The notes under the pieces are model-generated. The model had not been told where the DNA came from. It searched no databases and saw nothing but the letters and a program-made list of their open reading frames with translations. A program made the position numbers and the translations under genes. From Candidatus Methylomirabilis sp. (GTDB taxonomy: Bacteria; Patescibacteriota; Patescibacteriia; 2-12-FULL-60-25), in contig DATMXG010000020.1 of the NCBI GenBank assembly GCA_035561755.1, positions 1 to 34,205 on the forward strand: 34,205 nt of DNA, in the 5' to 3' direction. Shown in pieces: positions 1 to 12,150 of the stretch. How positions within the stretch are numbered: position 1 is the first letter of the stretch; every line of letters begins with the position of its first letter.

Positions 1-73
1 TGGATCATACGAAGATACGAATTACGAATAGCTTCGCAGAATGGTTTCGTAATTCGTATCTTCGTATGATCCA
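1..73. repeat. Perfect 28-bp inverted repeat built from TACGAA-like units
   Basis: 1-28 TGGATCATACGAAGATACGAATTACGAA is the exact reverse complement of 46-73. Confidence 0.85.
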
Positions 74-87
74 TTCGTAATTTGTAA

Positions 88-1485
<1,398 letters not shown>

Positions 1486-1502
1486 CGTATGAAATCTGAA
1501 AC

Positions 1503-1976
1503 ATGCCACTTCACTTCACATTAGTCACTCCAGAACGGACCCTCTTTGAAGAAGAGGTTTCTTCGGTGACCCTTCCCACGACCGAGGGCGAGATCACGAT
1601 CCTGCCGAAACACCTTCCTCTCGTAGCAACGTTGCAACCGGGAGTCGCGGAGCTTAAGCGACAGGACGGGACCGTGGAAGACATCGCGGTTTCCGGAGGG
1701 TTCATTCAGGTGATGGTGGGGGATCGGGTTACGGTTTTGGCCGACACAGCGGAACGCGGCGAAGAACTAACGCTGGACGCCATTGAGAAAGCCATGAAGC
1801 GGGGGGAGGAGCTCATGAAGCAGAAGAAGTTTGCAGACGAATCCTCGTTCGCTGAAGCCGCGGCCGCGCTCGAACGCGAACTCGCACGCTACAAAACGGT
1901 CGTGAAGCACCGCGCGCGCAAAGGGCTCCCCGCGATTGAACAAGCAAGCCTACCGAAGGTCGACAACATGTCTTAG
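1503..1976 (+). CDS. atpC: F0F1 ATP synthase subunit epsilon
   Basis: LVTPER...GEITILPKHLP...VSGGF...VLADTAE motifs; directly follows atpD. Confidence 0.96.
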   Translation: MPLHFTLVTPERTLFEEEVSSVTLPTTEGEITILPKHLPLVATLQPGVAELKRQDGTVEDIAVSGGFIQVMVGDRVTVLADTAERGEELTLDAIEKAMKRGEELMKQKKFADESSFAEAAAALERELARYKTVVKHRARKGLPAIEQASLPKVDNMS

Positions 1977-1983
1977 ACAAGAA

Positions 1984-2121
1984 TACACGCGGGCAAACGA
2001 GCAGGAGCACGTGGACAGGTGAACGCGTGAACATGAGGGCAGGTGTGATTCACGCGACTCACCCGTTCACTCGTCCTCTTGTTCGCTTGTCCACCTGCTC
2101 CTGCTCGGTTGCCCGCGTGTA
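1984..2121. repeat. Long imperfect inverted repeat (41-bp arms) after the atp operon
   Basis: 1984-2024 pairs with 2081-2121 with 4 mismatches. Confidence 0.75.
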
Positions 2122-2150
2122 CACGTGTTACACGGCACTTTGCTCCATCC

Positions 2151-2681
2151 ATGCGCTGCTTCCTCTCCATCCCTATCCCCGATGACATCGTACGGGGCAT
2201 CACGTCTCTGCTCGAAACGCAGGAACTGCCTTCACGCGTTAGAGTCATCGGACGCGATCTGTGGCACGTGAGCCTTGTGTTCCTCGGCGATATCGCAGAA
2301 ACCGATCTGGACATTATTTCCGTCGCCTGCAGCCGTCACTCGGTATGTCCGGGGACATTGACCGTACGCGAACTCACCACGTTCCCGAACGGGAATCCAC
2401 GCCTCCTGGTGGCTGGCGGTTCAGCAAACCCAAAGCAGGCCTGGACGGATTTTATTGAGGATCTGCGCGTGGACATGATGCCGTACGCGCCAGCGCTCGA
2501 CAGGAAGCCGTGGATACCGCACATCACCGTAGGTCGTGGACCCAAGGATACGCTTCTGCCGCGCTGGTCTGTTCCGGCCGGCACCTGGACGTGGCAGCCG
2601 GGAGGGTTTAGCCTCATGCAAAGCGCGCTCGGACCCGACGGACCGACGTACACCCGTCTGCATGAATTCCCCTTCGTTTGA
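2151..2681 (+). CDS. thpR: RNA 2',3'-cyclic phosphodiesterase (2H phosphoesterase, 2'-5' RNA ligase family)
   Basis: MRCFLSI start, two HxS/T motifs (WHVSL, PHITV), GPTY near the C-terminus; start moved to ATG 2151. Confidence 0.88.
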   Translation: MRCFLSIPIPDDIVRGITSLLETQELPSRVRVIGRDLWHVSLVFLGDIAETDLDIISVACSRHSVCPGTLTVRELTTFPNGNPRLLVAGGSANPKQAWTDFIEDLRVDMMPYAPALDRKPWIPHITVGRGPKDTLLPRWSVPAGTWTWQPGGFSLMQSALGPDGPTYTRLHEFPFV

Positions 2682-3429
2682 TTGCTTCGGCGTCCGCATA
2701 GACGGTTTGGATGCGGGCGATATTCTGCGACGCGCAGACGAGGCTCCGGCGTTGTCGTTCCCGTTGTGGATTGTTACGACGAACCCGGAAATTCTGCTTT
2801 ACGCTCGGGCTAATACGCAGTACCGCGACGCAATACATCTCGCGGATTTGAGGATCGTCGACGGGTTCGGCCTGCAGCTCGCTGGCCTCCTCCGCGGCCG
2901 CCGCCTTCGGCGCACTGCCGGCGTAGACCTCGCACAGCGTCTCGTTGATCGAGCCGCGGAGCGCGGAGATACGGTCGCGTTCGTAGGCGGTGGTCCCGGG
3001 GTCGCGTCACAAGCCCTCGAGCGACAGCGTGAACGACATCCGGCGCTCAAAGGCTACGCGTTCGAAGGAGGTCGCGTGAACAACGCGGGGGAAGGGGATA
3101 CGCAGAGCGAAGAAATGCGACATCAGGTATCCATCGCCGGACCGGATGTTTTGTTTGTCGCATTTGGTCATCCGAAACAGGAAATGTGGATCGCACGATA
3201 TCTCCACGAATTCCCGTCCGTGCGCATCGTCATGGGCGTAGGCGGTACGTTCGATTATTGGTCGGGACGCACCCCGCGTGCGCCACGCTGGATGCGCTCG
3301 CATGGACTCGAATGGATGTACCGCCTTTTCCGCCAGCCAGGACGAATCAAGCGCATCCTGCAGGCCGTTTTCATATTTCCGTTCTTCTTTTTGATCGACT
3401 TGTTTCGCTCTTCGACACATCTACGATAA
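2662..3429 (+). CDS. WecB/TagA/CpsF family glycosyltransferase
   Basis: TTNPE, DGFG, VAFGHPKQE, GVGGTFD, RAP..GLEWMYRLFRQP motifs; start moved to ATG 2662. Confidence 0.93.
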   Translation: MNSPSFDCFGVRIDGLDAGDILRRADEAPALSFPLWIVTTNPEILLYARANTQYRDAIHLADLRIVDGFGLQLAGLLRGRRLRRTAGVDLAQRLVDRAAERGDTVAFVGGGPGVASQALERQRERHPALKGYAFEGGRVNNAGEGDTQSEEMRHQVSIAGPDVLFVAFGHPKQEMWIARYLHEFPSVRIVMGVGGTFDYWSGRTPRAPRWMRSHGLEWMYRLFRQPGRIKRILQAVFIFPFFFLIDLFRSSTHLR

Positions 3430-3470
3430 ACAGGCTCGCTCCAACGATCCACGCTCGCGTACGGCCGAGC

Positions 3471-3731
3471 CCTCCCCTCCGTCATCCTGAGTGAGGGAGC
3501 CGCAACATGGTTGCAGGAGCGCAAGGCAGCTTGGCGACCGAGCGAATGGATCTCTTGGACATCTCAAACGTCCTATATCATTCTGATCTCTGTTCGAGAT
3601 ACTGACACTCGAATGGAATGCGTCTCGTATTGGGACTTGCCACACTACAAGGGATCCTTCGCTCGGTCGCCAAGTCGCTTTGCGCTCGTTCGAACGACCC
3701 GCGGCTCCCTTGCTCAGGATGACGGAGGGGA
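3471..3731. mobile_element. Non-autonomous (MITE/REP-like) element with about 85-bp inverted arms, same family as the GIY-YIG flanks
   Basis: CCCCTCCGTCATCCTGAG...GATCTCTTG (3471-3557) is inverted relative to CAAGGGATCC...CTCAGGATGACGGAGGGG (3648-3731); highly similar to 15362-15447. Confidence 0.75.
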
Positions 3732-3877
3732 TGGCGCGGCCGTGATGTCTACGAAGTATGATCTTCGCGTATACGGTCAGATCGAGCGCCAGACGCCGAA
3801 CAATGACTAAACCCCATCCAAGATTGGATGGGGTCGAGTGTGTGCTTGCGGAACGAGACGAAGAAAGGCGCTTCCCG

Positions 3878-4090
3878 TTAGTCGTACCCGAGACTCTCGA
3901 GGAGCGACATGAACACGTCGATGACGAACAGGATGACGAGAAACGCGACTGCGAATGGAAGCAGGATCGCGAGTATCACGCAGAACGCAGCTTCCACAAC
4001 CGGTTCTGCGACGAACGGCAGGACGATCTGCAGTCGGTCACGCGCGGCGAGCTGGGGATTACCGCTACGAAACGTGCGCTGTGTTTCCAA
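3878..4090 (-). CDS. Small hypothetical membrane protein
   Basis: TTG start with AAGGAG upstream, long hydrophobic segment, hairpin at about 3809-3834 downstream. Confidence 0.4.
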   Translation of the reverse strand: METQRTFRSGNPQLAARDRLQIVLPFVAEPVVEAAFCVILAILLPFAVAFLVILFVIDVFMSLLESLGYD

Positions 4091-4186
4091 GATGACGAAC
4101 TCCTTGTTGCAACACAGAAAGCTTCACTGAATGTCACGATTCGTCAATGGACATCCCCACAAAAACACCGTATTCTTGCGTGACGT

Positions 4187-5677
4187 ATGCCGCAATCCGC
4201 TCCGTCGAACATCCGCGTACGCTTTGCACCCAGTCCGACCGGTTTTCTCCACATCGGCGGGCTTCGAAGCGCGCTCTACAACGAGCTTTTGGCACGGCGC
4301 CACAGCGGAACATTTATCCTACGCATCGAAGACACAGACCAGGCGCGCCTTGTCCCGGGCGCAACAGAAGCGCTTGTCCGAACGCTGAAGGCGTGCGGCC
4401 TCGTTCCGGACGAAGGCGTGGTCCTGAAACCGAACGGCGAGGTGGGGGAAACTGGCGACGCCGGACCCTACATCCAAAGCAAACGGAAAGAGATTCATCG
4501 TGCGTACGCAGACAAGCTAATCGGCATGGGGAAGGCCTACTACTGTTTTTGCACCGAACGCGATCTTCAGAAAATGCGCGAGGAACAGCAGGCGGCAGCG
4601 CTTCCCACACGGTACAACCGCACCTGCCGCGCGTTGTCGCTTGAACAGGCCACACGGCGCGTAGACGCGGGCGATCCGTACGTGATCCGTCTTGCAATTC
4701 CTTTGAAGGGGTCTGTCGCGTTTGACGACGAAATTCGAAGCAATGTTGCGTTTGAGTGGAAGCAGGTGGACGACCAGGTGATCATCAAGTCCGACGGCAT
4801 GGCAACGTACCACCTCGCAAACACGTGCGATGATCACGACATGGGTATCACACACGTAATCCGCGGTGAAGAATGGATTTCATCCACGCCCAAGCACCTG
4901 TTCATCTATCAGGCGCTCGGCTGGACCCCGCCCGCATTTGCTCACCTACCCCTGCTCCTAAACGCGGACCGGACGAAGCTTTCAAAACGGCAGGGCGACG
5001 TGGCGGTCGAGGATTACCTCACGAACGGCTACCTCCCCGAAGCGCTCATAAACTTCGTGGCACTACTCGGCTGGAACCCAACCGGCGACCGTGAAATCTA
5101 CACGCACCACGAACTCGCACAAGCGTTCGACCTTACGAAGGTGAACAAAAGCGGCGCCGTAGTAAACGTCGAAAAGCTCGACTGGCTGAACGGCCATTAC
5201 GTGCGGACCATGGAGAGGGAACGATACCTCGAACTCGTCAGCCCCTCCCTGCAGGAACTCACCCAAGACACCTCGCTCATGGACCGCGTAGCTATGCTGA
5301 TCCGAGATCGAGTGGTGAAACTCACGGACGTACCGAATCTCGCCGGTCCATACTTGAAACTGGTCATTGAACCGGATCCGCTCATGCTACCGTGGAAATC
5401 GCAGACGAAAGAGGAGGCCGCGGACCGTCTGGACGCAATATTGAAGCTCCTCACCACGCTCGACCACGACGCGTGGCACTCCGTGGAATCGCTCGAACAA
5501 GCCATCAAGGCGCTTATCGAACAACGCGGCTGGTCGAACGGCGAAGCGCTCTGGCCTCTGCGCGTAGCTCTTTCCGGAGAACGACAATCACCGGGGCCGT
5601 TTGAGCTCTTGTACGCTCTCGGCCGTGAACGGAGCCTCACCCGCGTGGAACAGGCGCTTCACGCATTACACGGATGA
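4187..5677 (+). CDS. gltX: Glutamate--tRNA ligase
   Basis: RFAPSPTGFLHIGG, RIEDTD, KLSKR. Confidence 0.98.
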   Translation: MPQSAPSNIRVRFAPSPTGFLHIGGLRSALYNELLARRHSGTFILRIEDTDQARLVPGATEALVRTLKACGLVPDEGVVLKPNGEVGETGDAGPYIQSKRKEIHRAYADKLIGMGKAYYCFCTERDLQKMREEQQAAALPTRYNRTCRALSLEQATRRVDAGDPYVIRLAIPLKGSVAFDDEIRSNVAFEWKQVDDQVIIKSDGMATYHLANTCDDHDMGITHVIRGEEWISSTPKHLFIYQALGWTPPAFAHLPLLLNADRTKLSKRQGDVAVEDYLTNGYLPEALINFVALLGWNPTGDREIYTHHELAQAFDLTKVNKSGAVVNVEKLDWLNGHYVRTMERERYLELVSPSLQELTQDTSLMDRVAMLIRDRVVKLTDVPNLAGPYLKLVIEPDPLMLPWKSQTKEEAADRLDAILKLLTTLDHDAWHSVESLEQAIKALIEQRGWSNGEALWPLRVALSGERQSPGPFELLYALGRERSLTRVEQALHALHG

Positions 5678-6972
5678 CAAACAACAAACGCTTGATCACG
5701 ATTGCAGTCGGCGCGGCGCTGGCCGCATTCACGCTGGCTCCGATAGCGCCGGATCGCTTATTGCAGCCTGTTCATGCGGCCGTAAAGAATGACATCGATG
5801 ATTTAAGCGATGAAATCAAGAAACGACAAAGCCGCGTGAAGGAGCTCGATAGCATGATAGGCACGTACAAGGAGCGGATCGAACAAAAAAAGACGGAAAC
5901 CCAATCGCTCGAAAACCAGCTTGCACTCCTCGAGAACCGCATCAAGGAGAAGGAGCTGGCCGTGGAACGGGCAAAGGTGGAAATCGATTCGCTCACGCTC
6001 GAAATCAGGCTTATCGAACGGGAAATCGGCGTGCAGGAATCGCGTATCGCGAAGCAGCGGGGACTCATCGCGGACCTCGTGCGTGAGATCAACAAAGGGG
6101 ACGAAATATCCACGTTCGACGTGCTTCTGTCTGAACAATCGCTCTCCGGCTTTTTCTCGCGGCTCGAGGAGCTGAAGAAGCTCCAGCGTGACCTCGGGAA
6201 CATGCTGGAACGGGTAAAGTCCATCAAACACGGTCTCGAACAGAAGAAAACTGAACGCGAAAAGAAACAGAAAGATCTCGAACGTCAAAAGATGAAGTTG
6301 CGAAAGGAACAACTTGCCCTCGAAGCAGAACTCAACTACAAATCGTCGCTCGTGGACGAGACGAAACTTAAGGAGCAGGAGTTCGAACGTATCCTCTACG
6401 AACTGCGCCAGCAGCAACAGGTAACGGCAGAAGATATTTCGAGCCTCGAAGATAAACTGAAGGAGCAGCTAAACAGCGTAGACGAAGCGCTGGCGCGCGG
6501 GGACGTGCTTCTGAACTGGCCCGTGGATACGTCGCGCGGTATTACGGCCATTTTTCACGACCCCACGTACCCGTTCCGCTACCTCTTCGAGCATCCGGGC
6601 ACGGATATCCGCGCGTCCGTGGGCACGCCCGTAAAGAGTGCAGCCGGCGGGTATGTGGCCTGGAACAGGAAGGGGCGCATGTACGGCAACTACGTGATGG
6701 TGATCCATCCCGGGGGCATCGCGACCGTGTATGCGCACCTCTCGAAATTTGCCGCCAAACCCGATACGTATGTGGAACGCCAGGACGTGATCGGCTACTC
6801 GGGCGGACGCCCCGGAGATCCCGGCGCCGGATTGTCGTCCGGTCCGCACCTGCACTTCGAGGTGCGGCAGGACGGCGTACCCGTGGATCCCGAGAACTTC
6901 CTTCCTGAAATACCGTGCGAGGAGTACGACTACATCGAGGACTACAAGCGGTTGAAGCTGCGGTCGTGCTGA
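5674..6972 (+). CDS. Peptidoglycan DD-metalloendopeptidase (M23) with long coiled coil, EnvC-like
   Basis: Signal peptide, heptad coiled coil, HPGTD, YAHL, GPHLHFEVR. Confidence 0.93.
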   Translation: MTNNKRLITIAVGAALAAFTLAPIAPDRLLQPVHAAVKNDIDDLSDEIKKRQSRVKELDSMIGTYKERIEQKKTETQSLENQLALLENRIKEKELAVERAKVEIDSLTLEIRLIEREIGVQESRIAKQRGLIADLVREINKGDEISTFDVLLSEQSLSGFFSRLEELKKLQRDLGNMLERVKSIKHGLEQKKTEREKKQKDLERQKMKLRKEQLALEAELNYKSSLVDETKLKEQEFERILYELRQQQQVTAEDISSLEDKLKEQLNSVDEALARGDVLLNWPVDTSRGITAIFHDPTYPFRYLFEHPGTDIRASVGTPVKSAAGGYVAWNRKGRMYGNYVMVIHPGGIATVYAHLSKFAAKPDTYVERQDVIGYSGGRPGDPGAGLSSGPHLHFEVRQDGVPVDPENFLPEIPCEEYDYIEDYKRLKLRSC

Positions 6973-7016
6973 TCCATTACGGTCGCCTGGAAAAGACCGG
7001 CTGCCGTTCGTGCCGT

Positions 7017-7102
7017 ACGGGCGACCCAGCGGGTCGCCCCGTCACGAACATGACGATGCCTCGCAATATCCTGATCGGGGCGAACCAGCGGGTCGCCCCT
7101 AC
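7017..7102 (-). repeat. Two REP-like GC hairpins between convergent genes, one of GTAG type
   Basis: GGGCGACCCAGCGGGTCGCCC (about 7019-7040) and GGGGCGAACCAGCGGGTCGCCCCTAC (about 7077-7102). Confidence 0.65.
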
Positions 7103-8148
7103 CGGGGCTGCCGAATCCCGTCCAAAATCTCCTCTAATTCATCCAGCGTCGTCACACGCACGAGCTTGCCGCGCAACGCGGTGAAATCGATCCAGGGAAA
7201 CTGCGTGCGCAGTTCCTTTTTGAAATACCACGGCAGGTGCTTGCGAAGCTTCACGAGCCCGCGTTCACCGTAGCGAAAAACGTGCAGGCGCGCGTGCTCG
7301 CGGACCACGGCGATGCGTTCATCAAGCGAGGGGGGAACAGAATGCGGTGGCGGGGATTGGCGAGGCTTGTCGTACGGGCGGGTCTTAGACCCGCCCCTAC
7401 AGGACCCGCCATCCTGCCAATCCCCGAGCCCTGCCACAAGCTCGCGAAATATCCAGGGATTCCCGAGCGCACCGCGACCGATCAAGACTCCATCCGCTCC
7501 GGACCGTGATAGCGCCTCTTTTGCCGTGTCGACGGAGACAACGTCGCCGTTCACGAGGACAGGAAGCGAGGTGTTGCGGCGCGCTTCGCCGATGCGGTCC
7601 CAGTTCGCCTTACCGCTGTATCCCTGCTCCTTGGTCCGTCCATGAATGGAAATCAGGTCCGCACCCGCCGCCTCGAGAACCTTCACGAACTCGAGGATGT
7701 CCGTGTCCTTGGACCAACCGAGTCTCGTCTTCACCGATACGGGGACCGTCACCGCGTCTTTCATCGCCTTGACGATGGCGGTGGCGCGTTCGGGTTCCCT
7801 CATGAGAGAGGCTCCGTTGAAATTCGACACGATGTTGTACACCGGGCATCCCATGTTCACGTCGATCGCGTCGGGATGGAATCGCTCTTCAATGATACGC
7901 GCAGCCTCGGCCATGACCGCCGGTTCCGCGCCGAAAATCTGCTGGACGAGCGGTCGCTCGCGTTCGTCGAATCGCGCCATTTCAAGTGTCTTCTCATTCC
8001 CGCGCACCACAGCTTCGCTCGAAACCATCTCCCGGAACATGAGCGGCGCGCCATGGCTCTTGCAGATAAGACAAAAAGGCAGATCGGTCATATCTGCCAT
8101 GGGCGCGAGCGCCACGATCGGGCGGGGGAATGCCTTCCAATCAATCAT
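7099..8148 (-). CDS. dusB: tRNA-dihydrouridine synthase B
   Basis: LAPMA, DVNMGCP, VSVKTRLG, HGRT, NGDV, IGRGALGNPWIF, RKHLPWY. Confidence 0.95.
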   Translation of the reverse strand: MIDWKAFPRPIVALAPMADMTDLPFCLICKSHGAPLMFREMVSSEAVVRGNEKTLEMARFDERERPLVQQIFGAEPAVMAEAARIIEERFHPDAIDVNMGCPVYNIVSNFNGASLMREPERATAIVKAMKDAVTVPVSVKTRLGWSKDTDILEFVKVLEAAGADLISIHGRTKEQGYSGKANWDRIGEARRNTSLPVLVNGDVVSVDTAKEALSRSGADGVLIGRGALGNPWIFRELVAGLGDWQDGGSCRGGSKTRPYDKPRQSPPPHSVPPSLDERIAVVREHARLHVFRYGERGLVKLRKHLPWYFKKELRTQFPWIDFTALRGKLVRVTTLDELEEILDGIRQPR

Positions 8149-8315
8149 GTCGGCGGACGATAGCTGCTTTTGGAGGTCTGATCAAGCGTGACGAGAAAAG
8201 TGAGACTCGAGATTAGAGACTGGAGACTGGCATAAAAATCGGACGGTTCTGTTCTTTCCAGTCTCGAATCTCTCGTCTCTAGTCTCTTCTCGTCAGACGT
8301 GACAAAATACGAATC

Positions 8316-8852
8316 ATGCTCAATCGTCGCGTCCCGAAGAAACTCCAGAAACCGATAACATCGCAGATACACCCGATCCGCGCCCTGCGCATCATCCGGG
8401 TTCAGGCAAACGTCATCATTCTTCTCGTCATCGCGCTTGCGGCCACGTGGGTGTGGTTCGCGCGCATCAGGAATTCCATGGACTTCCACGTACTTTCGCA
8501 GGAATTCGACCCGCCGGTGCGGGTGACGATCGGTACGAAGGTGTACAGCGGAAACGACAACATCACGAACACGGGCATCGCAAAAACCCCGTTCATCGTT
8601 ATCTACGGGAACATCAAGGACTACGGCTTGCTCCGCGACGCCCTCCCGGACCTCGCGCTCACGATTCGCGGCACGCGGGTGAACGTCAAAACCGAGAGCG
8701 GTGAGTTTACCGAAAAGGTCATTCTCCAGCCCGGGAAGAACGTCATTGATCTGCTCGTATGGTGGGATGGCGTCTCAAGACACCGTCAGCACTACACGGT
8801 GACGTACATTCCCACAAGCAACAATCAGACATCAACGCCTCCGGCGCAATGA
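8316..8852 (+). CDS. Hypothetical membrane-anchored protein with Ig-like C-terminal region
   Basis: One TM helix followed by a beta-rich domain (LQPGKNVI); stop overlaps the uvrB ATG. Confidence 0.65.
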   Translation: MLNRRVPKKLQKPITSQIHPIRALRIIRVQANVIILLVIALAATWVWFARIRNSMDFHVLSQEFDPPVRVTIGTKVYSGNDNITNTGIAKTPFIVIYGNIKDYGLLRDALPDLALTIRGTRVNVKTESGEFTEKVILQPGKNVIDLLVWWDGVSRHRQHYTVTYIPTSNNQTSTPPAQ

Positions 8853-10957
8853 ACCACCGTTTCAAATTGATGCATCCTTACAAGCCCTCCGGCGACCAGC
8901 CGGAGGCGATTGTGAACCTCGTGAAAGGCGTGAAACGCGGCGAAAGGTACCAAACCCTTCTCGGTGCGACCGGAACCGGGAAAACGTATACGATCGCGAA
9001 CCTCATCCAGACCGTGGAACGGCCCACGCTGGTGATCGCTCATAACAAGACGCTTGCCGCTCAGCTTTGTAACGAATTCCGCGAGTTCTTTCCCGATAAC
9101 GCCGTCGAATATTTCGTCTCCTACTACGACTACTACCAGCCCGAGGCATACATGCCAAAGAGCGACACGTACATCGAGAAGGAGGCGATGATCAACGAGG
9201 AGATCGACCGGCTCCGTCACAGCGCGACGCAGGCACTTTTAACGCGACGAGACGTGATCATCTGCGCGTCCGTCTCCTGCATCTACGGCCTTGGCGCGCC
9301 TGAAGCATATGAAAAGACCGTACTCCATGTTGCGAAAGGACAAGACATGACCAGGACGGACGTGCTCGCGCGCTTAATCGAGATGCAGTTCACGCGCACG
9401 AACGCGGACCTGCTTCGGGGGACGTTCCGGATCCGCGGCGGCATCCTGGAACTCATGCCTGTGAACGAAGAGGCGATGTACCGGATCGAAGCTCCCAAAG
9501 GCACGATCGAAGCGATCATGAAGATCGATCCGACCACGCGCAATGTCATACGTGAACAAGACGACGTGTGGGTGTTCCCGGCCAAGCACTTTATTACCCT
9601 TGGACCAGATCGCGAACGCGCGATCAAAGCAATCCGCCTCGAACTGAAAGACCGGCTGAAGGTCTTTGAGAAGCAGGGGAAACTGCTCGAGGCGGAGAGA
9701 CTGGAGCGGCGCACGAAATTCGATCTCGAGATGATCGAGAACCTCGGCTACTGCAACGGCATCGAGAACTATTCGCGCCACTTGAGTGGCCGCGGGCCCG
9801 GAGAACCGCCGGACACGCTCTTGTCGTACTTCCCGAACGACGCGCTTTTCGTGATCGACGAATCGCATGTGACAGTGCCGCAGATCGGAGGCATGTACGA
9901 AGGCGACCGGTCGCGCAAACAAACTCTCATCGAGTACGGTTTCCGTCTGCCCTCGGCCGCGGACAACCGCCCCCTCACTTTTCACGAGGTTGAAGAACGA
10001 TGGACACAGGTAGTGTTCGTGAGCGCAACTCCCGGGCCTTTTGAGTTAAAATCCTCGAATACCATCGTTGAACAAATCATCCGCCCCACCGGTCTCATTG
10101 ATCCGGAAGTGATCATTCGCCCCGTAACACCTCAACGATCGACGAACCACGATCGACGAACCTCCCCCTCTCAAATCGACGACGTCATCTCCCGCATCGC
10201 CCTCGTCACCAAGCGCGGCGACCGCGTGCTCGTGACAACGTTGACCAAGAAGATGGCGGAAGACCTGTCGGAATATCTCGCGGAAAAGAAGATCAAAGCC
10301 CGTTACATCCACTCAGACATCAAGACCATCGAGCGGCTTGAGATTCTCTCGGACTTCCGAAGAGGGGACTACGACGTCTTAGTCGGCGTAAACCTCCTCC
10401 GCGAAGGCTTGGACCTGCCAGAAGTCGCGCTTGTGGCGATACTCGACGCTGACAAGGAAGGATTCCTCCGGTCCGAGACCTCGCTCATCCAGACCATCGG
10501 GCGCGCGGCGCGCAACGTCCGCGGCCAGGTGGTGCTCTATGCCGACGTGATGACCGGTTCCATGAAACGCGCCATCAAGGAAACGGACCGCCGCCGCGCC
10601 AAGCAGGTCGCGTACAACGCGGAGCACGGCATCACCCCGCAGACCATCATCAAGGCCGTGACAGACATCCGCGGCGTCCTCGGCCTGTCGGTGGACAAGA
10701 AAGACATCAAACAGATCCTGAAACTCGAACTGTCAGCCGAGACACACGACCTGAAGGCCGTCTTGAAGACGAAAGAAGCCGAGATGAAACAGGCCGCCAA
10801 AGACCTCGAATTCGAACTCGCCGCCATCCTTCGCGACGAAACGAGCGAGATCGTCAAAGAAATCAAGAAACGTGATGTAGGGGCGCACGGCGTGCGCCCC
10901 GATCAGGTTGGTGGACGTCCGCGCGTGAAACGACTGCGACACGGAAGAACGCGTTAA
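8849..10957 (+). CDS. uvrB: Excinuclease ABC subunit B
   Basis: [42 protein letters not shown]-terminal UVR domain; start moved to ATG 8849. Confidence 0.99.
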   Translation: MNHRFKLMHPYKPSGDQPEAIVNLVKGVKRGERYQTLLGATGTGKTYTIANLIQTVERPTLVIAHNKTLAAQLCNEFREFFPDNAVEYFVSYYDYYQPEAYMPKSDTYIEKEAMINEEIDRLRHSATQALLTRRDVIICASVSCIYGLGAPEAYEKTVLHVAKGQDMTRTDVLARLIEMQFTRTNADLLRGTFRIRGGILELMPVNEEAMYRIEAPKGTIEAIMKIDPTTRNVIREQDDVWVFPAKHFITLGPDRERAIKAIRLELKDRLKVFEKQGKLLEAERLERRTKFDLEMIENLGYCNGIENYSRHLSGRGPGEPPDTLLSYFPNDALFVIDESHVTVPQIGGMYEGDRSRKQTLIEYGFRLPSAADNRPLTFHEVEERWTQVVFVSATPGPFELKSSNTIVEQIIRPTGLIDPEVIIRPVTPQRSTNHDRRTSPSQIDDVISRIALVTKRGDRVLVTTLTKKMAEDLSEYLAEKKIKARYIHSDIKTIERLEILSDFRRGDYDVLVGVNLLREGLDLPEVALVAILDADKEGFLRSETSLIQTIGRAARNVRGQVVLYADVMTGSMKRAIKETDRRRAKQVAYNAEHGITPQTIIKAVTDIRGVLGLSVDKKDIKQILKLELSAETHDLKAVLKTKEAEMKQAAKDLEFELAAILRDETSEIVKEIKKRDVGAHGVRPDQVGGRPRVKRLRHGRTR

Positions 10958-11002
10958 CCCCGCACCAGTATTTTCGCAAAGCGAAAATACTGGTGCGGGG
11001 TT
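10956..11002. terminator. Perfect 22-bp hairpin separating uvrB from the array
   Basis: AACCCCGCACCAGTATTTTCGC-AAA-GCGAAAATACTGGTGCGGGGTT. Confidence 0.7.
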
Positions 11003-11029
11003 GACCGAACGCAAAACTTCTGCTTGAAT
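11001..11029 (+). promoter_or_regulatory. Putative sigma70 promoter for the upstream array
   Basis: TTGACC-17 bp-TTGAAT with extended -10 TG; predicted start about 11036, where unit 1 begins. Confidence 0.45.
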
Positions 11030-11035
11030 GCCCAT

Positions 11036-12036
11036 TCGGCGGCTTAAGATGCGGTGTTCATACAACTATACGAAGTCTGCCGCCGATATTTCTCGTGAGA
11101 GGACTTTGCGTGGAACGTCAAATGACTGTAGTAGTGGTGTCCTCTCCCTCTGCCCCGCCTGCATGCAGGCGGGGCCCCTTCCTTGCTCCGAACGCAAATT
11201 CGTGGCAGAGAAGGGGTGACTACCGATTACGCGTCTTCGACTACGTGATGTATGTCACTCCGCTCATTCAGAGGCCGTTCGACGGCCTGCGCGGCTGATG
11301 GAAAGTTGTCGAATGACTACTGGGCTGCTGCCGCGCCTACCGTTCCTGCGTGAAGTCCGGATCGTATAGGGGAGACTACATCCTGATTGTCGTAAGACTA
11401 TATGTCACGTGTTCTCCCCGCTTCTTCACAAGTTGTTTGATGACTCGAGCGGCTTCCCATGAACTGTCAAAATACTAGCCGTTCTCTGCCGCTCGACTTT
11501 CGTGAGAGGACTACTCGTCCGCTGTCGAAACACTGGAAGTACTCAGCCTCTCTCTGCCTCATCCCAACGATTTCCGACGGGATGAGGCCCCCTTCCTTGC
11601 TCCGAATGCGAATTCGTGGCAGAGAAGGGAATGGCTGTTGGAGTGTTGTCATGCGACTCGTTGGGTGCTGCCATTCCCGCCACTTCCACGTGACTTATGG
11701 AGGCGCGTCGCAAGACTAGAGATACAGAGTCACGCTTACTTTTCCGCGAGAGGTCTAAGCACTGGCTGTCGAAAGACTGAGGCGGCTTTGACCTTTCACT
11801 CGTCCTGCCGTTCGCGAACGGCGGGGTCCCTTCCCTGCTCCGACCAAGAGTTCGAGGCAGAGAAGGGGTGACTTTTGTAGATGTGTCTACAACTAGACGG
11901 ACAATGTCGCCCCGCTCCTTATCACCGTGGCCTTACTCGATCTGTCGAAGGACTGGTGGTACCGTGCCACAATTCTCGAGCGAGAGGACTCATGTGCTGC
12001 TGTTTACAGATTCACAGGAAGCTGTCCTCTCGCTTG
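11036..12036 (+). ncRNA. Upstream dual-spacer stem-loop guide-RNA array (TIGR-like), 13 units
   Basis: Units start at 11036, 11097, 11213, 11289, 11369, 11445, 11504, 11627, 11689, 11748, 11865, 11927, 11977; consensus stem-T-N10-TGTC-loop-GACT-N10-T-stem. Confidence 0.85.
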
Positions 12037-12073
12037 TCCCGCCCCGGTGTCACACCGAGGCGGGGCTTTTTTT
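12036..12073 (+). terminator. Intrinsic terminator ending the upstream array
   Basis: GC hairpin GTCCCGCCCCGGTG-TCA-CACCGAGGCGGGGC followed by T7. Confidence 0.85.
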
Positions 12074-12121
12074 ATGTCTAAAATCAGCCAAAAATTGCTA
12101 CAGAGTTTCTGTTTACTACGC

Positions 12122-12150
12122 TTGACAATATCCCAGTTTTCAGCTATGTT
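12122..12150 (+). promoter_or_regulatory. sigma70 promoter of the IS110/Nop-domain gene
   Basis: TTGACA-17 bp-TATGTT. Confidence 0.7.

Noticed and set aside
3758-4183. 141-aa + strand ORF before gltX
   Set aside because: Looks like the antisense of the hydrophobic - strand ORF, which has the better RBS; no homology cues
11028-12125. Short ORFs over the upstream array (and 14077-14715 over the downstream one)
   Set aside because: No recognisable domains; their shared peptide snippets come from the repeated RNA linker
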